DNA from: the human T2T-CHM13v2.0 reference genome, Homo sapiens
NCBI RefSeq assembly: GCF_009914755.1
Contig: NC_060937.1
Length of the DNA: 64,000 nt
Reading direction: 5' to 3' (one strand)
Shown: positions 57,921 through 64,000 of the stretch, piece by piece
Layout of the letters: the number at the start of each line of letters is the position of its first letter
Position numbering within the stretch: position 1 is the first letter of the stretch
Made by a program: the position numbers and the translations under genes
Notes under the pieces: generated by a model
What the model saw: only the letters and a program-made list of their open reading frames with translations
Told to the model about the DNA's origin: nothing
Database searches by the model: none

Positions 57921-59022
57921 ATTATGAGATACTTTTGTAAGTATAGAATAGTCTTTGTCCCCTAGTACTGCTGTAGAACAGTCTATTGCTTGGAGCAGAA
58001 TGCATCAAAAATATGCCAAAATATTTAATTGGGCTGAGTAAACATTTGACTATGAATCCAAAATTATACTGTAATAAGATCTTAGATAAAATGGACATAA
58101 AAGATAAAGTTTTCTTAATTACTCCTAATTTTAAAAATATCTTTTGAATTTCTAAATATTTTAATGTACTTGCCTAAGACCTTATAACACAGCCTGCTTT
58201 ATGAGAAGTAAAAAAATAACTGACATGAAACTGAGAGAAGGGACTTCTTTGTATGTTTTATGCTTGACAGTCCCCTTCCATGTGACACATCCATTTCATT
58301 TTTCATACAGAAATGATGTGTTTTCCCTTGAGGGAATATTTCCTGTGAATGATCAGTCAAGAAGAGGACAGCTTGAAGTCTGCTGCTGGTCTTTGAGTAT
58401 AAGTTGGTGGATGATGGAAATTCTTAATTAAAGCAAAAGAAAAAAAAAACCATGATTTAGAAAATATTGTTCTGAGGAAATAAGAAAAACAGGAGACGGA
58501 ATTTCAATAATCCCCCACCCATCTATAACAAGAAGTGCTATAATGTTCAAAAGGAAAGGAAAAAAAAACACAAAAACTTTAAAAATAACCCTCATGCTTT
58601 CACAATCTTAAATTATGAGTTTAGGTTATAATTTACTAACATTATGATGAGAATAATTTATATATCATTTCTAAACATTTATTCTATGTCTATGAAAATA
58701 GATGATAATTACTATTTTAAGGTTTTTCTTGTAATTATATGAGAACATCCATCTGAAAATATCTTGTAAAAAGTACCCAATATTAATTTACTTAAATTTT
58801 TTTCTCCACTTATCTGCTTTAATATTTTCTTATATGTTATCATAAGTTGTGCCATATTACCAGAAGTTGCATGCTTTTATATAAACTAAACAATTTGTAA
58901 TATAGACCACATACAGTGAAGATATTTTTAGGCCTATTTTTTAGCCTTCTTGTATATTTTTTGAGCAATTTACTTAGATTCTCAAGCTTTAGTTTCCTAC
59001 ACATTTTAAGCTACTAAATAAT

Positions 59023-59650
59023 TGATTTAGGAGTTAAGAAATTACTTAGGCAGATAGTGAGGGTATGGGAGTCCTCAGTAAGGTTTTCCTTTTTAATGAA
59101 TAGCAGCCTCAAAATCATTTTCTAACAAACAGCAGCCTGTAAAATCGAGCTGCAGCAATAGATGAGCAAGATGGAAGCTTACAGGGGTGAATAAGAGCAG
59201 GAAAAAGCTACTTGGGACTAGACAAGTTCAAAATGGCAGCTCCATCTTCCCTTCCCTTTGCCAGCCACGTATACAGTAAGGAGCAGACAAGATGGCACCT
59301 GTCAAGTGGAAAGCCTATTTGCATAATAAGATTAGGGAGGGGTGGCCAGCCTTCCCCATCCTATGGAAATGTCACACCTGATAGAGCCAATCTGTGGGCC
59401 CTAGAACCAATCTGTGGGCCCTACATAAATCAGACACTGCCTCCTCAAGCCTGACTATAAAATCTGGCGAACTCTGCCACTGGCTGGCCTTTCCTTTCAG
59501 AAACCACTAGAGGGAGAGCTGTTCTCCTCTCTCTTTCTTTCGCCTATTAAACCTCTGTTCCTAAACTCCTCCTAAGTGTTGGTGTCCTAAATCTTCCTGG
59601 CACCAGACAACGAACCTTGGGTATTTACCTCAGACAATGAAGCTGTTTCA
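59023..59650 (+). mobile_element. LTR9B-like solo LTR (ERV1)
   Basis: TGAtttaggagttaagaaattacttaggcagatagtgagggta...gcagcctgtaaaatcgagctgcag; TATAAAA at 59456, ATTAAA near 59547; ends gctgtttCA; TSD taat/caat. Confidence 0.8.
59317..59330 (-). promoter_or_regulatory. Octamer (ATGCAAAT) / OCT4-SOX-like composite motif in LTR9B
   Basis: + strand atttgcataataag. Binding not shown. Confidence 0.5.
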
Positions 59651-60189
59651 CAATGACAAAATAATGAACTCTAATATGGGTATAAAGTAGAAAATAATCA
59701 GTTGAATAACTAAAAGTTACCAAATATTTAGTTTTGCAAATAAAATATTTTCACAAAGATGGAAATTAAATCTAACACAAGTTAGTGAAGGTAAGGAGAA
59801 AAAATGCAAGGAACGCTATTTTAATAAATAATGCAAATTAGTCTGTTAATTCTTAAAAATAAAATGTTAAAAACACAAAGTCTCAGTAATATTTTAAGTT
59901 ATAAGAAGCAAATTAAAAGCTATATGTGTGTGTATGTATGTATATATGACAAATAAAAATATAGTAAAAGGTATACTCTCAATATTAATCAATAAGAATG
60001 TGAATCAGCAATTTTAATATCAGTGAAAACGTAATTTGAGGAATAATCACCATGGACATCATAAGGTAAACTTCCTCTCCAGGAGAAAAAACTGGTTGAC
60101 TTAAAAAAATACTAATCTTGGAACACATTTGCACTAAATGTGATACATAGGTTACATAACAGAAAGCTCACCTGTTTAAAGTATACAAT

Positions 60190-62690
60190 TCAACCAAATC
60201 CTATATAATATAGCAAAAGCTATTTTAAACTTTAAAAAGGAAGTTTATAGCAGTAAATGCTTATATCAAGAAAAAAGAAAGACCTCAAATAAACAACCTA
60301 ACATTGCACCTCAAGTAAGTGGAAAAACAAGAATAAACTAAGCCCAAAGTTAGTAAACTGAAGGAAATAATTTAGATTACAGAAGAAATAAGTGAAATGG
60401 AGATTACAAAAAACACAAAAGATCAACAAAACAAGGAAATTCAATGAAATCCAAAAGAAAGTTAAAATCTTATATATTTTAATTATACTATAAGTTCTAG
60501 GGTACATGTGCACAACGTGCAGGTTTGTTACATATGTATACATGGGCCATATTGGTGTGCTGCACCCTTTAACTCATCATTTACATTAGGGTCTAACACC
60601 AATAAACCAAACAAATTATTTATGATTTTAAAGCCAACATAGCCGTATTAAGAAAGAACCAGACAGAATTTATGGAATTGAAAAACTCACAACAGAAATT
60701 TCAAAATACAACTGGAAGCCTAAACAGACTAGGTCAAGCAGAAGAAAGAATTTCAGAGCTCAAACACTCAACCTTCAAATTAACCCAGTCAGACAAAAAT
60801 AAAGAAAAAATAACAAAAAATAATGAACAAATCCTTCAAGATATGGTATTCTATAAAGCAACCAAATCTATGGCTTACTGACATTTCTGAGAAAAAAGGA
60901 GAGTAAGTAAGCAACTTGGAAAACATATTTAAGGATATAATTTAGCAAAATTTTTCCAATCTTGCTAGAGAGTTTAACATACAGATGCAAGAAATCCAGG
61001 TAACTTCTGTGAAATACTATACAAGATGACCATCCCCAAGGCTCATGGTAATCAATCCAAGGTCAACACAAAAGAATAAATCTTAACGGTAGCTAGAGAA
61101 AAGGGTCTTATTACCTATAAAAGGAAACTTAGCAGACTAACAGCAGACTTCTCAGCAGAAATCTTGCAAGCCAGAAGAGACTGGGAGCCCAGTTTTAAAC
61201 AAAAGAACTACCACGCAAAGATTTCATGTCTCACCAAGCTAAGTTGCAAAGAAGAAGTAAAATCTTTAGCAAATAAGCAATCACTAATGGAATTCATCAC
61301 CAAATGACTGACCCTAGGAGAGATGGTTAAGAGTTTTAAACATGGAAAGAAAAGAATGATACTTGCCGCTACAAAAAAACACACAAATGTGGAACCAATT
61401 GATCCCATAAAGCAACTACACAATTGAGACAACAAAGCAACTAAGTAAACACACAACAGGAACAAAACTTCAGATATCAATATTAATATTGAACATAAAT
61501 GGCCTAAATCCTCAATTTAAAAGACATGGAGCAGCATATTAGATTTAAAAAAAAATACCCATTCATCTGTTGCCTTCAAGAAACCCACCTCACATGTAAC
61601 AACACCCATATGCTCAAAGTAAAGCAATAGAGAAAGATGTATCACAAAAATGGGAAACAAAAAAGAGCAGGGATCACTATTCTTGTATCAAATAAAATAG
61701 ACATTAAACCAACAACAGTAAAAAAGGACAAAGAAGGGCATTACATAATAGTAAAAATTCAAGAAGACTTAACTATCCAAAATATATACACATCAAACAT
61801 TGGATCACCCAGATTTATAAAACAATTACTTCTAGAACTAAAGAAATAATTTGACAGCCACACGATGACAGCAGAGACTTCAAACCTTAATGACAACATT
61901 AGACAGATAACAGAGGCAGAAACAAAGAAATTCTGGACTTAATTTCAACACTGGACCAACTGGGTCCAGTAGACATCTAAAGAATACTCTACCCAACCAC
62001 AGAATGTATTTTCTCGTTCGCACATGAAACATACTCTAAGATTTATGCTCAGTCATAAAGCAAGTCTCTGTAAATTAAAAAAAAAAGTATACCAATCATC
62101 TCTCAGACCACAATGAAATAGAAATTAATACCAGAAAGAAATCTTAAGCCACACAAATTTATAAAAACTAAACAATTTGCTGCTGCCTAGGTCAATGTCT
62201 AGCAGAATATTTCCTAAATTTTCTTCTATGATTTTTGTAGTTTGAGGTCTTACATTACATCTTTAATTCATCTTGAGTCAATTTTTGTATATGGTGAGAG
62301 GTAGGAGTCCGGCTTTACTCTTCTGCCTATGGCTAGACAGTTTTCCCCACACCACTTATTGAATAGGGTATCCTTTTTGCATCACTTATTGTTGTTGACT
62401 TTGTCAAAGATCAGCTGGAAGACATGGGGAAAAACTATATCACATTAGTTTGGACAATAATTTTTGGGATATAAATCCCAAAGCACAGACAACAAAAGCA
62501 AAAATAAAGTGGATTACATAAAACTAAAAAGCTTTTGGACAGCAAAGGAAACAATAAGCAAGGTGAAGAGACAATATACAGAATAAGTTGTAACAATATT
62601 TGCAAACCATATATCTGATAAGAGGCTAACATCCAGCTTATATAAAGAACTTAAAGAACTCAATAGCAAGAAAACAATGTTAGTTGAAAT
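60190..62690 (+). mobile_element. L1 mosaic: L1MA-type ORF2 pieces (60190-60436, 62418-62690), L1PA13-16-type ORF1 plus EN (60437-62184, sense) and an antisense ORF2 piece (62185-62417)
   Basis: ORF 60672..60881 LNRLGQAEERISELK (ORF1 coiled coil); ORF 61637..61849 KQKRAGITILVSNKIDIKPTTVKKDKEGHYI (EN). Confidence 0.85.
60470..60590 (-). mobile_element. Short L1PA5-like 3' end
   Basis: taagttctagggtacatgtgcacaacgtgcaggtttgttacatatgtatac...catcatttacattagg. Confidence 0.9.
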
Positions 62691-64000
62691 AGCAAGGCAC
62701 AGAACTATATAAAGTAAAAACTGTCAGAACTAATATTTCTTCATAGAAAATATAATATTTCTTTAGAACAAACATAACAATGATGAAGAATATAATAAAA
62801 CGACTCATAAGATAAAGGTAAAATAATTTAATTATAAAAATCAATAATTATATTACAATAATTGTGCAATCTCAATTACAACTCCAGATGATAAATTCAA
62901 AACATATAAAGTAGGATATTGTGAAGAAACCCTTTATTTTGAAAGTAATGAGGTGATAGTAATTCTCTACCTTATAGTTGACTATAATTTTAATTATATT
63001 CGTTAAAAAGTGAAAGTTAACCACTAGAAAGATAGCAAAGAATATATTACATTCAAAATACTACATAAAAATTATAAATCCAACTAAAGAAAAACGTAAT
63101 AGTAAAGCAAAAATATTCAATATTTATTTTTAATAAAAAGAGAAATTATAAATTAAGAAAGATTAAAAAGGCCCAATTATATCAATATAAAATATAAATT
63201 AAGAGCATTTTGTGTAATACTATTTGTATTAAATCACAATGTTTAAGGTGGTAATTAGGTTTTTAAACATCTGTTTTGAAGTATTTTTACATTCAATATT
63301 TAATTTTTCTCTTAATAGTTTCTTTTTTATGCTATATAAGAAAATTATAAAGATGGTATAATGGGTGCTCATAAACAAGTCCTGTACATTCAGAAAATGC
63401 TGTCTGGACCATTCATTTGGACTAGATGACACATTTTAAAATCTTGAATAAATTATCTTTATTGTATTAATTAGTTATAAGCTCAGTGTTCTCAAAATAT
63501 AGACATGTACACAAGAAATATACTAATGTCATCTAGTATTACACTGAAAATTAAAGGGATTAAAAATATATGAAATATATAACATTATATTTAGTTATTT
63601 AATATAATTATATTTAACATAATATATTACATATTTTAAAAGCATTAGTATTTCACTGGAACCTATAGCAGAACAGTTAACATTGTCATTTCTGAAAAGT
63701 TTGTGAATCCCCTGCTGTGCCAAGTCAGCAAAGTCACTTCTTTAGTGGCTAAATTTTGGCAAGACATCTCCACATGGAGATTTCCAATTATAGAAATGGT
63801 GGACTGACTTATTTAAATTCACAGCAGAGAGTAAAGAACTGTACAAAATTTTTCAAAAATGAATAAAGCATTTGAAAGCTACCAAAGGAGAAAAAACTCT
63901 CAATGAGTAAGAATCAGGGCAAAGGATAATCTGTAAAGGTAAGATCAACAACTGGCACCACTTCTTGTGAGGCACTTGCCAACTATAAAGCCGAAAGTGA

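Overview
AT-rich, repeat-dense primate genomic DNA, most likely human or great ape (near-consensus AluY, L1PA3-8, THE1B, MER41B). It looks like a gene desert or the interior of a very large intron. I found no protein-coding exon, RNA gene or CpG-island promoter. Every longer ORF in the track maps to L1 ORF1/ORF2 debris, a THE1 internal region, an Alu or a GC-rich LTR. The window is a layered record of transposon insertions: two near-complete THE1B proviruses, solo LTRs (LTR40, MER52, MLT1A, THE1D, LTR47B, MER41B, LTR16, LTR41, MLT2B, MSTA, MER31, LTR9B and others), DNA transposons (MER53, Charlie1a, MER1B, half MADE1), four Alus, MIR/L2 relics and many L1 fragments, four of them 5'-inverted. 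I see no evidence of a novel gene system. The best leads are: (i) an unassigned, hairpin-rich ~580-bp insert splitting an MLT1 LTR; (ii) two junctions filled with inverted, locally templated sequence; (iii) LTRs that keep known regulatory motifs (OCT4 octamer in LTR9B, GAS in MER41B, DUX4 in THE1B); (iv) candidate + strand lncRNA exons. Subfamily names come from recalled consensus sequences and need RepeatMasker/Dfam confirmation.
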